Below, one piece after another: positions 8,433 to 18,786 of a stretch of 64,000 nt of DNA; within the stretch, counting starts at the first letter, position 1, and every line of letters starts with the position of its first letter. Both the position numbers and the translations under genes were made by a program. This stretch comes from Salibacteraceae bacterium. Lineage in GTDB: Bacteria; Bacteroidota; Bacteroidia; Flavobacteriales_G; Salibacteraceae. The DNA lies in assembly GCA_965661115.1 (NCBI GenBank), contig CBFICO010000004.1:1058-65057 (forward strand), read 5' to 3'. Below the pieces are notes generated by a model, which was not told where the DNA came from, searched no databases, and worked only from the letters and a program-made list of their open reading frames with translations.

Positions 8433-9324
8433 ACTCAGTCGTTCCTATTTCGTGCTGATCGGCATACGCATAAACAATGTATTTACCTGGTTCAGCCTCA
8501 GCCTTCACTTCCCAGTACAAGCAAACATCTACCTCTTTGTTTTCATAGGTTATCTGCTTTTTAACCGAATACAATCCACGAATCCCATCAAACTCAAACA
8601 TATTTGACTTATCCTCAGTGAGTGTAAGGACCTTACCGGATGGAGCAATAATTCTTACATAAACATCTTTTTTACCCGGTTTTGCCAGATCATTTTCACC
8701 AATAGTTACACAGGTTTTAATCTTTTCAACCGCTCTAGCTCTATCGGTCCGTTTATGGATGTTGTTATTTTTTACTTTTTGCCCATAAGATTCAATAAAA
8801 ACTGCTTGCAATCGCTCGCCAATTTTCACCTTAGCAGCCAGTTTACTTTTTTCTGACTCAAGCTGCGTAGCTTTTTCACGCTCTTTACCCAACTCACCTT
8901 TTATGTTTTGGTTTTCCGCCATCAACTCAATGTTGGCCGTGTTCAATGAATCTATGGTATGCACAAAACCCTTCATTATTTTACGTAAACTTTCCGCTTC
9001 TTTTTTGAGCTTGTAAATGGTCCAATTTCCATTCTTAACTTGCTGAATAAGCTTTTCAACCTTAGCTCTTTCATCAGCTAATTGGGCATTTAACGTATCG
9101 TTGGTTGATGATAAGGTATCGTATTGTGCCAACATATCGTTCAACTCGTCAGTTAGGTTTTCTTTCTCAAGAGTAATTTCAGTATTCTCGCCAGTTAGCT
9201 GTTCTGTTTTACTTTTTTCATCAAATAGCATAAACATCAATCCTACATTAGCTAGAATTGACACCGTAAGCAGTGCTATTAATATCTTGGAAGTATTGTC
9301 TTTCTTTTCAGTCGTTTCTGACAT
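8419..9324 (-). CDS. membrane-anchored coiled-coil protein
   Basis: N-terminal TM ILIALLTVSILANVGLMFMLF, about 150 aa of heptad-rich sequence, and a beta-rich C-terminal domain. 14-nt overlap with def. Confidence 0.6.
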   Translation of the reverse strand: MSETTEKKDNTSKILIALLTVSILANVGLMFMLFDEKSKTEQLTGENTEITLEKENLTDELNDMLAQYDTLSSTNDTLNAQLADERAKVEKLIQQVKNGNWTIYKLKKEAESLRKIMKGFVHTIDSLNTANIELMAENQNIKGELGKEREKATQLESEKSKLAAKVKIGERLQAVFIESYGQKVKNNNIHKRTDRARAVEKIKTCVTIGENDLAKPGKKDVYVRIIAPSGKVLTLTEDKSNMFEFDGIRGLYSVKKQITYENKEVDVCLYWEVKAEAEPGKYIVYAYADQHEIGTTEFVLD

Positions 9325-9356
9325 TATTTATTTTTTTTACTTTTACTAAACTCAAA

Positions 9357-9364
9357 CAAAGCTA
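9357..9364 (-). promoter_or_regulatory. candidate -7 promoter box (TAnnTTTG) for the coiled-coil/def operon
   Basis: The minus strand reads TAGCTTTG about 33 nt upstream of the ATG at 9324. Confidence 0.35.
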
Positions 9365-9389
9365 GTTATACCAAACAGAGACCAAACTC

Positions 9390-10070
9390 ATGATTAACGA
9401 AATTATTTCACTATTCTATCCACAACTTTGTGCTGCGTGCAAAAAGCCTGTACACAAGTCTAACTGGGCAATTTGCCTTAATTGTAGAATAAAATTTCCG
9501 AGAACCAAATTCCTTTTCATGGAGAAAAATCCAATTATGAGTTTACTGGAAGGAAAGTGCAACGTTGAACATGCATTTGCCTATTATACATTTGAAAAAA
9601 GTAGCGCATTGCAAAAGGCCATACATGCATTAAAATACAAAGGTGTACAGAAGGTTGGTGAAGAGTTTGGTCAGATAATCGGTAGCGACTTAAAAAAAAG
9701 TGACTTATATAACAACATCGATTTTATAGTTGCACTCCCTCTTCATAAATCAAAAAAAAGAATTAGAGGATACAATCAATGCGACTCAATAGCAAAAGGT
9801 ATTGCAAGTGCTATTGATGCTGAGTTAAATCTAGAAATTGTACACAGAATAAGAGCAACAGAAAGTCAAACCAAAAAATCGCATTACGACCGACATACCA
9901 ACGCCGAACAGATTTTTAAGGTAAAAAACCCGGAAAAATTCGCAAATAAAAAAGTGCTTGTGATTGATGATGTTATCACAACGGGTTCTACTCTAGCATC
10001 GTTGATAAGAGAGCTAAACAAAATAGAAAACTGCACCGTATATGCCGGTACAATTGCAGTGGCTCGCTAA
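9390..10070 (+). CDS. ComF-family phosphoribosyltransferase
   Basis: N-terminal Cys pairs CAACKK...CLNC and PRTase motif VLVIDDVITTGSTL; 226 aa. Confidence 0.85.
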   Translation: MINEIISLFYPQLCAACKKPVHKSNWAICLNCRIKFPRTKFLFMEKNPIMSLLEGKCNVEHAFAYYTFEKSSALQKAIHALKYKGVQKVGEEFGQIIGSDLKKSDLYNNIDFIVALPLHKSKKRIRGYNQCDSIAKGIASAIDAELNLEIVHRIRATESQTKKSHYDRHTNAEQIFKVKNPEKFANKKVLVIDDVITTGSTLASLIRELNKIENCTVYAGTIAVAR

Positions 10071-10135
10071 TAATTTGGTAATGGCTTTTTTGATAGGCTT
10101 TCAGAATGTATTTTCGTCGGTAATTTACCTAGAGT

Positions 10136-11476
10136 ATGCTTAAGGATTTCGCTAAAACAAGTCCAGTTACATTTTTTGCATTACCCATTATTATTATTGG
10201 AATGATTGTGCTTAGCTATTTTATGTACAGCACACTCATTACCAACCAGATAAACTCGAGACAATAGTATATTGAAAAGCAACTAGAGTTGTCATCAGAA
10301 CACGTTGAGAATCAAATAATTCAATTCAAAAAAGAATTTCCAAACCTTGCCGATTTAGAAGATTTTCAAGCAGCTTTTAAGCCTAATGCACCAGGTAGTG
10401 GAAAATTCAGGTATAGACTGAAAAGAACCGTGAATCGCTATCGATCTTTTGTTGATTCGGTTTTCATATATAACAAGGAGCAACTCTATTTTATTAGTAT
10501 CGATAAAAAAGGGATTATTGAAGAGGGATTTAACAACCTATCGTCAACGCTACTTCCACTGCAGTATACCAATACACCAAAAGTTATTCATCTAGAAGGC
10601 AGTAAATTACTATTGATGAGCCCGCTTAGAATTGGGGCTGAACAAGAAATTTATGTAGGTGCAATAATCGACATTATTAAAATGATTGGTGACGAAGCCT
10701 TTAGACAATACACCGGAGAATACAGCTCCAAAATAATCTTTACGGAAAACATAGGCTTCCAAACCATAGAGACTGGAGAACATTTTGAAGCCCAATTTAA
10801 TTTAATGCCTCATTACAAAAAGCAAATTATTGACGATATTCTAGATAACAAACAAGGACAGCTGCTGCATAAATTACCACATAGCACGAAAGTATTTATG
10901 AGCTGTTACAAACCTTTTAAAATTCTAAACGAACGCTTTGGGTTAATTTTCGTTGTATCAGAAGACGATTTTGTTGCTCCAATCAAAACGAAACTTCAAG
11001 TTATTTTCCTCTCGTTTTTTGTAATGATTGCTATAATTATAGTTGTTTTTGTTATCAGTTTAAAAGACATTACTCAAACCGTAGACGAGCTGTTCCAAAG
11101 CAAAAAAAGCCTGTCGAACGCCTTAACTCAACAACGGTATATTTTAGAACACGGGGATACTTTCTTTTTCACTTTAGACAAACAGGGAACACCTATTTAT
11201 ACCACTAAAAACTTTGAGGCCTTAACTGGCTATTCGCCTGACCAATGGTTTGCAAACCTACCGGATTTTATTGAGGAAAATAAGTTAGAAAAATCACTTA
11301 TAGAAAAGCTAGATTTATTGACGTCGGGTAAGCTTAATGAAGACGTTTGCTACAAATTAAAAGTAGAAAAGCCAGACCAAACTATTTCGATAATTGAATT
11401 AAAACAACGTGCTGTCTTTGATGATCTTGGCCGTTTTGAGGCAGTTATTTGTACCGGAAAGCTCGCTACTAATTAG
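10136..11476 (+). pseudogene. membrane PAS-domain sensor interrupted by an in-frame TAG
   Basis: The ATG at 10136 encodes TM1 (FFALPIIIIGMIVLSYFMY). TAG at 10265-10267 is in the same frame as the 395-aa ORF from 10289. That ORF carries an extracytoplasmic-type domain, TM2 (VIFLSFFVMIAIIIVVFVISL) and a PAS-like C-terminus (FTLDKQGTPIYTTKNFEALTGYSPDQW). No transmitter domain. Confidence 0.6.
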
Positions 11477-11578
11477 TTAAAGTCACAATAAATAAATTTT
11501 TACGATTGGCGTAGATCTCAGCGTTTCTATACTTTTATAATTATGCCAGCCAATTACAGTTTTACATTGTTGAGCCCA

Positions 11579-11606
11579 TAAAAAAAGCCGCTATAAGCGG
11601 CTTTTT
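11579..11606. terminator. bidirectional rho-independent terminator
   Basis: AAAAAAGCCGC-tataa-GCGGCTTTTT lies between convergent genes. Confidence 0.8.
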
Positions 11607-11627
11607 CAATTGTATAATAAGCTTGTG

Positions 11628-11849
11628 TTAATATTCGTCTTCATTGAAGAAGAAATCCTCTTTTGACGGATAGTCTGGCCAAATATCCTCAATACTGTCA
11701 TAGGTTTCTCCCTCGTCTTCAATTTCTTGAAGGTTTTCTACCACCTCTAAAGGTGCACCTCTTCTTAATGCATAGTCGATAAGTTCCTCCTTGCTAGCTG
11801 GCCAAGGGGCATCTTCCATATACGAGGCTAATTCTAATGTCCAATACAT
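11628..11849 (-). CDS. DUF2795 domain protein
   Basis: 73 aa; WPASKEELIDYALRRGAPLEVVENLQEIEDEG is typical of DUF2795. Confidence 0.75.
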   Translation of the reverse strand: MYWTLELASYMEDAPWPASKEELIDYALRRGAPLEVVENLQEIEDEGETYDSIEDIWPDYPSKEDFFFNEDEY

Positions 11850-11926
11850 TTTCTTAGTGTCTAAGGGTTATAATTTTTGCAAATGTAATTTTTTTACACA
11901 CACTTCCAAATCAATTTAAATATCGT

Positions 11927-12475
11927 CTAAATGCGTGGCTCCCAAGGGGTTTCATTGGCGTTTTTATCCAAACTTATTTGTCTGGAAAGCACAAATAAAA
12001 AATCGCTTAATCTGTTCAAGTACCGTATTACTAATTCATCAACGACACTCTCCTCGCTCAACCTAATTACCATACGCTCTGCTCTTCTGCAAACGCATCT
12101 TGAAATATGGCAATAAGATACTATTTGATGCCCACCAGGCAGCACAAAAGACTTCATTGGCGGCAGGTTATCATCCATCTTATCCATTTGCTGCTCCAAA
12201 TAGGTTATATCCTCAGCAGAAATGATTGGTATATTTTTTAAGGGTTTTTCAGGGTCGCTGGCAAGCATAGAACCCATAGTAAAAAGTCGGTCTTGAACCT
12301 CAACCAGAACTTGTTTTTGATTTTCAGCTATTTCTTGATCCCGCAGTAAACCTATCCAAGAGTTTAGCTCGTCTACTGTTCCGTATGATTCTATGCGTAA
12401 ATCGGCTTTTGATATCCTTTTACCTCCAAACAACGAAGTTTGCCCTTTATCTCCTGTCTTTGTATAAACCTTCAT
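11927..12475 (-). CDS. PduO-type ATP:cob(I)alamin adenosyltransferase
   Basis: MKVYTKTGDKGQTSLFGG...ESYGTVDELNS N-terminal signature; 182 aa. Confidence 0.88.
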   Translation of the reverse strand: MKVYTKTGDKGQTSLFGGKRISKADLRIESYGTVDELNSWIGLLRDQEIAENQKQVLVEVQDRLFTMGSMLASDPEKPLKNIPIISAEDITYLEQQMDKMDDNLPPMKSFVLPGGHQIVSYCHISRCVCRRAERMVIRLSEESVVDELVIRYLNRLSDFLFVLSRQISLDKNANETPWEPRI

Positions 12476-15111
12476 TATTTTGTAAAAACAAGTTTGACAT
12501 TAAATAGTTCTCCGTTGGCCATTACGTTTAGAAAATAAATTCCAGCATTTTGATTTTCAATGGAGAAATGAGCCACACTTCCTAGATCTTCTGAATAAAC
12601 TGTCTTTCCCGAAATATCGCTTAGCCTGTAACTCACGTCCATCATTTCCACTAAATCAACAGAAATAGATCTATTCGACGGGTTTGGAAACACTTTTATT
12701 GAATTTGATTTATCAAAACTCATTACTTGAACAGACCCTTGTATATTGCTAATATCCTTAATTGTGCAACCATTTTTATCGGTAACACTCAAGGTATATT
12801 GCCCTCTAATTCTCAAATCAGTAAGGTCTTTTGTGCCTGGGTTTCTAAAACCAGTTGGACCCGACCAAGCATAGATGAACGGCTCACTACCACCCTTTAC
12901 CTCAACAGATATATTGGCTGTTCCTCCGGTGTCATTTACCGAAGAGCTTACCACAATTCTTGGGGTCCCTTTTATTTCTATAGAATCAACCAATGCGCAA
13001 TTGTTTGTATCGGTAACGGTAAGTAAATACATACCCGATTCAACACCAGAAACTACATTCGTTTTAAAACTGGTATCTTCCCAGGTGTACTGATAACTTG
13101 GGACTCCGCCTTTAACGTTGGCTTGAATTCTACCATTTTTATCGTTGAAACAAAAGTTATCTATCGTTTCAAAATCTACTGATAACGGTGCTTTTGGGCC
13201 TTTAACAGTCACCCGTCTTGCACTAACACAAGCTGGGTTTGATGAATTTGTTACCGTAACAAAATAATTACCCGAAGAAAGGCCAGTTAAATTGGTATCG
13301 GTTTTACCATTGCTCCATTTGATAGTAAAAGGACCAACCCCTCTTGGAATGATATCGATAGTAATTTCTCCATTGTTATCATTAAAACAATTTTCATCTA
13401 ATACTTTCTTTACTGAAATTAGCGGTGCCCCGAAATTAACTACCGCTTTGTGGTATACTTCACTGCACCCCAAAGAGTCTGAAACGGTAACAACATAATT
13501 TCCAGCAGATAGGCTCGAAATTGTTGAGTTAGTATCTCCGGGATTAGTCGTCCCCCATTGATAGCTTAATGACCCGTTTGCCCCAAGAACCGTTAAATTG
13601 CTCCTACCATTATTGGATCCACAACTAGGGTTTACCGTCTGACTGGAAATCTGAAGGTCACATATTGGCTTAGAAGTGTTAAGCTTAACCAATGGCAAAT
13701 ATTCACTTTGAGTGTGACCAGTTCCAATGTTTACTATTGAAATTCCATTTTGCGCACGACTACCAGACACTCCAACAATAACAGAGTCTGTTTTTGACTT
13801 TATACCAATATAATAATTTCCTATCGGCATTGGCGTAGGTGGAATTTTAAAAGTGTTCCATTTTCCTAAGTGTTTAGCTGTTATTGCAATGTCTTGATCC
13901 AACTGTGGAAATACCTGTGGAATAACTCTACTTTGGAAAAATTCATTAAGAATAATTACATCGAATTGGGCTCCTACTTTAGCGTATTCATCAATAAATA
14001 CGGATATAGACGTTGCGGTATCTGGGGCTTTCATTTCAATCAAAGAAGACAAGTCATAATTGACTCCCGGCCCATACCAAAAACCTGCCACTGGCACTTC
14101 ATTTCCAACCCTGGAGTACACCGTATCCGTAACGTCAATATCAAATCGAAAAGTGTCTTTGTCTGTGTTTGTTTCAATACTATCCGACTCAACTACCAAG
14201 TTGAAATTATACGCTCCTACTCCATTTGCTGCCAAAAATCTTTCTTTAAGGTTTAGTAGCGTGTCTTCGTTAGCCAAGAGTGAAAATTCGTCGGATTTAG
14301 AGGATAAGCTTCCATAACCTAATACGTCTAGTTCTACCGCTGATTTAGTAGCAGAAAAACGCCCTAAATTCAGCACATTCACATCAATATCTATTGGAGT
14401 TTTGGATGCTTGATGAGCTGGAATTTGGCTGTAAAAGTTAGAAGGGTTTAAATCGTTTAAATACACTCGTTCTAATGCTAGATTAACCCCTTCTGAAGGC
14501 TCACAAACCGCAATATTATCCACTGCCAATCCACTCCCCCAAGTTCCACCATCAGAATAAGAAAATATGATTTGAGTACTACCCGATAAACCAAAAAGAG
14601 GAATCGTAAGTTTCTGCCAGTTACCTTGGCTAGTAATAGACTTAAGCTCTTTAACTATTCCTCCATTCTTTACCAAAACTTTGGCTGATTCATTTACACT
14701 AAACGAATTAAAATATACGTCAACCACCAATTGATAAGCAGTATTAGTAGATAGGTTTAAACTAGGTAAAAAGAGGGAATCGGCAGATTTATTGCAATTG
14801 CATTTGTCATCTGATGTGTAGGCTATCTTACTTGCTGATGGTACTTTCCAAGCCTGTCCAGCACTTGCATCAGCTGTACTTCCAATTTTATACCCCCCGT
14901 CGTTTGATTTGGTTTTTACGGTAATACCGTTTAGCGGAAATGCCGTTCCTGATTCAAAATCCTCCGAAAACAAGATGGTTCCACCAGCAAGTTGACCAAA
15001 TTGTTTTGAAGCATTAGATGCTGACTTTTTTATAAGCACAGGATGTGGGGTTCGCTGAGCAAAAACCCCAAGAGCAGCAATTATAAAACAGCAAGTGAGT
15101 AGGTTTTTCAT
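12475..15111 (-). CDS. T9SS-sorted cell-surface protein with four SprB-type repeats
   Basis: Signal peptide MKNLLTCCFIIAALGVFAQ (start moved to the M38 ATG at 15111, which removes the overlap with gcvP). There are four Cys-framed repeats (CxNDxNGxI...GGxxPYxYxW...GxYxxTVTDxxGC). The C-terminal 75 aa (VFPNPSN...IYFLNV...VKLVFTK) resemble the Por secretion tail. Confidence 0.85.
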   Translation of the reverse strand: MKNLLTCCFIIAALGVFAQRTPHPVLIKKSASNASKQFGQLAGGTILFSEDFESGTAFPLNGITVKTKSNDGGYKIGSTADASAGQAWKVPSASKIAYTSDDKCNCNKSADSLFLPSLNLSTNTAYQLVVDVYFNSFSVNESAKVLVKNGGIVKELKSITSQGNWQKLTIPLFGLSGSTQIIFSYSDGGTWGSGLAVDNIAVCEPSEGVNLALERVYLNDLNPSNFYSQIPAHQASKTPIDIDVNVLNLGRFSATKSAVELDVLGYGSLSSKSDEFSLLANEDTLLNLKERFLAANGVGAYNFNLVVESDSIETNTDKDTFRFDIDVTDTVYSRVGNEVPVAGFWYGPGVNYDLSSLIEMKAPDTATSISVFIDEYAKVGAQFDVIILNEFFQSRVIPQVFPQLDQDIAITAKHLGKWNTFKIPPTPMPIGNYYIGIKSKTDSVIVGVSGSRAQNGISIVNIGTGHTQSEYLPLVKLNTSKPICDLQISSQTVNPSCGSNNGRSNLTVLGANGSLSYQWGTTNPGDTNSTISSLSAGNYVVTVSDSLGCSEVYHKAVVNFGAPLISVKKVLDENCFNDNNGEITIDIIPRGVGPFTIKWSNGKTDTNLTGLSSGNYFVTVTNSSNPACVSARRVTVKGPKAPLSVDFETIDNFCFNDKNGRIQANVKGGVPSYQYTWEDTSFKTNVVSGVESGMYLLTVTDTNNCALVDSIEIKGTPRIVVSSSVNDTGGTANISVEVKGGSEPFIYAWSGPTGFRNPGTKDLTDLRIRGQYTLSVTDKNGCTIKDISNIQGSVQVMSFDKSNSIKVFPNPSNRSISVDLVEMMDVSYRLSDISGKTVYSEDLGSVAHFSIENQNAGIYFLNVMANGELFNVKLVFTK

Positions 15112-15179
15112 GGAGCGTGAAATTAGCAAAGAAAAAGGGAACGCAGTGGCTCCCTTTTTATTTCTTAAAGTGAATTCAA

Positions 15180-18026
15180 TTACTCTGCAGTTTCGTACTC
15201 CTCTAGTGGAGGACATGCGCAAATTAAATTTCTGTCTCCAAAAGCATCATCAATACGAGCAACTGGAACCCAATATTTTGCAGACTCCACCCATGGTAAC
15301 GGATAAGCTGCTGCTTCTCTCGAATAAGGTTTATCCCAGTTAGAACTCATAATTTCTTGCGCTCTGTGCGGTGCGTTTTTGACCACATTATTGTCTTTAT
15401 CCGCTTCGCCATTTTCTATTGCAGCAATCTCTTTTCTAATTTGAATCATTGCGTCGCAGAATCTGTCTAGCTCAGCCTTGCTCTCGCTTTCTGTAGGCTC
15501 CACCATAAGCGTACCAGCAACTGGGAAACTTACCGTAGGTGCATGGAAACCGAAGTCGATTAGTCGTTTTGCGATATCAACCACTTCAATTCCAGCCGTT
15601 TTCTTGAAATTTCTGCAATCCAAAATCATCTCGTGAGCAACTCTATTGTTTGCACCTAAATACAATACTGGGTAATGCTCTTTTAAACGCTCCTTGATAT
15701 AATTTGCATTAAGAATAGCGTATTGAGTAGATTCTTTCAATCCTGTTTTACCCAACATCTTGCAATAAGCGTATGAGATCAATAAGATAGAAGCCGAACC
15801 CCAAGGCGCAGCACTTAAGGGAGAAACTGCATCTGGATTATCATTTAAGCGGAATGAGTGACCTGGTAAAAACTTAGCTAAATGCTCAGCAACTCCAATT
15901 GGGCCAACTCCAGGACCACCGCCACCATGTGGAATGGCAAAAGTTTTGTGCAAATTCAAGTGGCAAACATCGGCACCAATATTACCTGGACTTGTTAGAC
16001 CCACTTGTGCATTCATATTGGCACCATCCATATAAACTTGACCTCCATTTTCATGGATAATGTCTGTCATGGTGATTATCTCTTCTTCATAAACACCGTG
16101 AGTAGAAGGATACGTAACCATTAAACAAGAAAGCGTGTCTTTGTATTTCTCTGCTTTCTCACGTAAATCGTTTACATCAATATTTCCGTTTTCTAAACTC
16201 TTAACTACCACTACCTTCATTCCCGCCATAACAGCTGACGCAGGGTTTGTTCCATGAGCACTTGATGGAATTAATGCAATATTTCTTTCTGGATTTCCAT
16301 TAGCGCGGTGATAAGCTCGAATGGTTAACAACCCTGCGTATTCTCCTTGCGCGCCAGAATTTGGCTGAAAGGAGACAGCGGCAAAACCGGTAATTGCACA
16401 TAGCCATTGCTCTAAATCTTCGATAACCTGATCGTAACCAGCCGTTTGATCTGCCGGAACAAACGGATGAATACTCGAAAACTCAGGCATTGATACTGGA
16501 TACATTTGCGTAGCAGCGTTCAATTTCATAGTACAAGACCCCAATGAAATCATTGAATGCGTTAAAGAAATGTCTTTGTTTTCTAACGACTTTAAGTAAC
16601 GCATCATTTCACTCTCTGAGTGATAGCTGTTAAAAGTAGGATGAGTCAAAAATTCTGAAGTACGATTTAAGTGAGCAGGGATACCCAAACTACAATCAGC
16701 AAGTACCACATCTTTTCCTTTTACCTTAGCAAAACCAGCAACTAAATCAGCTAAATCCTGATTCATTACCGTTTCGTCAATACTTACCGAAACAGTCCCC
16801 TCTTCGTACCACAAGTTTATTCCTTTGTCTTCAAAGGTTCTTTTGATTAAGCTCTCTTCAGCTTTTATTGTAATGGTATCGAACCATGTATTATTTACAA
16901 TTTCGAAACCTAAGTTTTTAACCGCACAAGCCAAACGATTGGTGTGCTCATGAATTCGATTTGCAATTTCCTTTAGCCCTTCTGGCCCATGATAAACGGC
17001 GTACGATCCCGCCATATTTGCCAACAACGCCTGTGCCGTACAGATATTAGAAGTAGCTCTATCGCGCTTGATGTGTTGCTCTCTAGTTTGCAACGCCATA
17101 CGCAGCGCTTTGTTTCCATTTCTATCTTGAGAAACACCAATTATTCTACCCGGAATAAACCTTTTGTATTCTTCCTGAGTAGCAAAAAATGCAGCGTGAG
17201 GACCACCAAACCCCATTGGCACACCAAATCGTTGCGAATTACCCACAACAACATCGGCACCCCATTCACCTGGAGGCGTTAACTTTACCAAAGACATTAA
17301 ATCAGAAGCAACAGCAACTTTAGCTCCGAATTCGTGTGCAGAAGCTACAAAACCTGAGTAGTCTTCAATCGTTCCAATTCGGTTTGGATATTGTACTAAA
17401 GCACCAAAAGTTTTTTCGTTGAATTTAAAAGATCTCCAATCTCCAACAACCAGTTCAATATCTAGAGGAATAGCACGTGTTTTAATAACGTCTATTGAAT
17501 GCGCGTAACAATTTTCATCAACAAAAAATACGTTCTTTCCAGCCTTTTCGTCGGCACGACTTCGAGCATGAAATAATAGAATCATGGCCTCTGCAGCAGC
17601 AGTAGCTTCATCTAAAAGTGAAGCATTCGCCAGCTCCATTCCTGTAAGATCTGAACACACCGTTTGAAAATTCAAAAGTGCTTCTAAACGACCTTGAGAA
17701 ATCTCTGCCTGATAAGGGGTATAGGCTGTGTACCAACCTGGGTTCTCAAACATATTACGCTTAATTACCGAAGGGGTTATTGTGCCATAATAACCTTGCC
17801 CAATGTAAGAGCGGAAAACTTGATTTTTTGACGCAACACCGTCAATGTGTCTCAGGTATTCAAACTCGCTAATTCCCTCTGGAATATCTAAATCTGATTT
17901 TAATCGAATTTGAGCCGGAATGGTCTCATCCACTAATCGCTCCAAAGAATCTGCTCCAACTACATTTAGCATCTCTGAAACATTGTTGCCTCTTGGGCCA
18001 ATGTGTCTGTTTTTAAAATTTTCCAT
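15180..18026 (-). CDS. gcvP: glycine dehydrogenase (decarboxylating), glycine cleavage P protein
   Basis: 948 aa single-chain P protein with family-typical sequence throughout ([34 protein letters not shown]-lysine region). Confidence 0.96.
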   Translation of the reverse strand: MENFKNRHIGPRGNNVSEMLNVVGADSLERLVDETIPAQIRLKSDLDIPEGISEFEYLRHIDGVASKNQVFRSYIGQGYYGTITPSVIKRNMFENPGWYTAYTPYQAEISQGRLEALLNFQTVCSDLTGMELANASLLDEATAAAEAMILLFHARSRADEKAGKNVFFVDENCYAHSIDVIKTRAIPLDIELVVGDWRSFKFNEKTFGALVQYPNRIGTIEDYSGFVASAHEFGAKVAVASDLMSLVKLTPPGEWGADVVVGNSQRFGVPMGFGGPHAAFFATQEEYKRFIPGRIIGVSQDRNGNKALRMALQTREQHIKRDRATSNICTAQALLANMAGSYAVYHGPEGLKEIANRIHEHTNRLACAVKNLGFEIVNNTWFDTITIKAEESLIKRTFEDKGINLWYEEGTVSVSIDETVMNQDLADLVAGFAKVKGKDVVLADCSLGIPAHLNRTSEFLTHPTFNSYHSESEMMRYLKSLENKDISLTHSMISLGSCTMKLNAATQMYPVSMPEFSSIHPFVPADQTAGYDQVIEDLEQWLCAITGFAAVSFQPNSGAQGEYAGLLTIRAYHRANGNPERNIALIPSSAHGTNPASAVMAGMKVVVVKSLENGNIDVNDLREKAEKYKDTLSCLMVTYPSTHGVYEEEIITMTDIIHENGGQVYMDGANMNAQVGLTSPGNIGADVCHLNLHKTFAIPHGGGGPGVGPIGVAEHLAKFLPGHSFRLNDNPDAVSPLSAAPWGSASILLISYAYCKMLGKTGLKESTQYAILNANYIKERLKEHYPVLYLGANNRVAHEMILDCRNFKKTAGIEVVDIAKRLIDFGFHAPTVSFPVAGTLMVEPTESESKAELDRFCDAMIQIRKEIAAIENGEADKDNNVVKNAPHRAQEIMSSNWDKPYSREAAAYPLPWVESAKYWVPVARIDDAFGDRNLICACPPLEEYETAE

Positions 18027-18057
18027 TTTATATAGCTTTTATTGCCAAAAAAGACCG

Positions 18058-18065
18058 CAAATATA
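18058..18065 (-). promoter_or_regulatory. candidate -7 promoter box for gcvP
   Basis: The minus strand reads TATATTTG about 31 nt upstream of the gcvP ATG. Confidence 0.4.
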
Positions 18066-18125
18066 CGTCAGTCTCTACCTTTCCTTGTTATGGAATAAGA
18101 CTGCTTTTAGGGTATTTTGTTTAGC

Positions 18126-18133
18126 TACTTTTG
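18126..18133 (+). promoter_or_regulatory. candidate -7 promoter box
   Basis: TACTTTTG lies 23 nt upstream of the ATG at 18157. Confidence 0.35.
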
Positions 18134-18156
18134 ACTTTTTAAAACGAATACCCCGT

Positions 18157-18786
18157 ATGCTAAAAAAGGTTCTTCTTTTTATTCTTATTTCGCTGGTAGC
18201 TACAACGTTGTTTGGGCAAACGGAAAAACGCCTACTTATGCTGGGTGGACAGGTTTTAGAAGGATTGCAACTGGACGAAAACATTGAAGAAATTGTATTT
18301 GAAACCACAAAAAAAAATGGGAAAATCAAAATCGTAATTGTAGATAAATCCCGAATATTTTCGAGTACAGAAAGTGATATTGAAACCGTGCATTACAACC
18401 CTGACAGTAGCGAAACAGGCTACTCAATTAATGAAATGCGCTATTACATTAAAGGCCAGCAAGATGGAAGAGTATTACAAAAAACCACGGCAACTTGGAT
18501 AGTTTCGGTTGCTGTTAGCGGAGCATTAGCCACTTACGCAGGGAGTGAAGGTTCGGCCGCAGTAGTAATTGCACCAATACCAGGAGCAATTTTCGGAAGT
18601 TTAAGCTCAAGAAATGTACCGCCTAATAAACACGCAACAGGAACAGAACCTTCAAATAAGGCGGCGTACATAGCTGGTTACAAACAATCGACGAGAATGA
18701 AAAAAATAGTGCACAGTATTTTGGGTTCCGTAATTGGAACTGTTGTGGGGGGAGCAATTGGTTTTCAAATGAATGGCAACTCGTGA
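18157..18786 (+). CDS. secreted/membrane hypothetical protein with Gly-zipper C-terminus
   Basis: Start moved to the internal ATG that begins signal peptide MLKKVLLFILISLVATTLFGQ. The C-terminus has Gly/Ala-rich hydrophobic segments (SVIGTVVGGAIGF). Contains an A9 tract at 18309-18317. Confidence 0.55.
   Translation: MLKKVLLFILISLVATTLFGQTEKRLLMLGGQVLEGLQLDENIEEIVFETTKKNGKIKIVIVDKSRIFSSTESDIETVHYNPDSSETGYSINEMRYYIKGQQDGRVLQKTTATWIVSVAVSGALATYAGSEGSAAVVIAPIPGAIFGSLSSRNVPPNKHATGTEPSNKAAYIAGYKQSTRMKKIVHSILGSVIGTVVGGAIGFQMNGNS

Noticed and set aside
12727-14317. Several 68-128-aa plus-strand ORFs inside the T9SS protein gene
   Set aside because: These are antisense shadow ORFs of a long, well-supported minus-strand CDS. 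No motifs, and no independent start or promoter signals.
15112-15222. N-terminal extensions of track ORFs (here and at 25238-25342, 25666-25779, 17920-18156, 57000-57059, 45975-46007, 33176-33241, 28724-28753, 2558-2593)
   Set aside because: The extensions overlap neighbouring genes or lack coding character. Internal ATGs coincide with signal peptides or canonical family N-termini.
18027-18156. Glycine riboswitch upstream of gcvP
   Set aside because: A TAnnTTTG box lies only about 31 nt from the ATG. The spacer is short, AT-rich and shared with a divergent gene, and I saw no tandem aptamer-like conserved helices.
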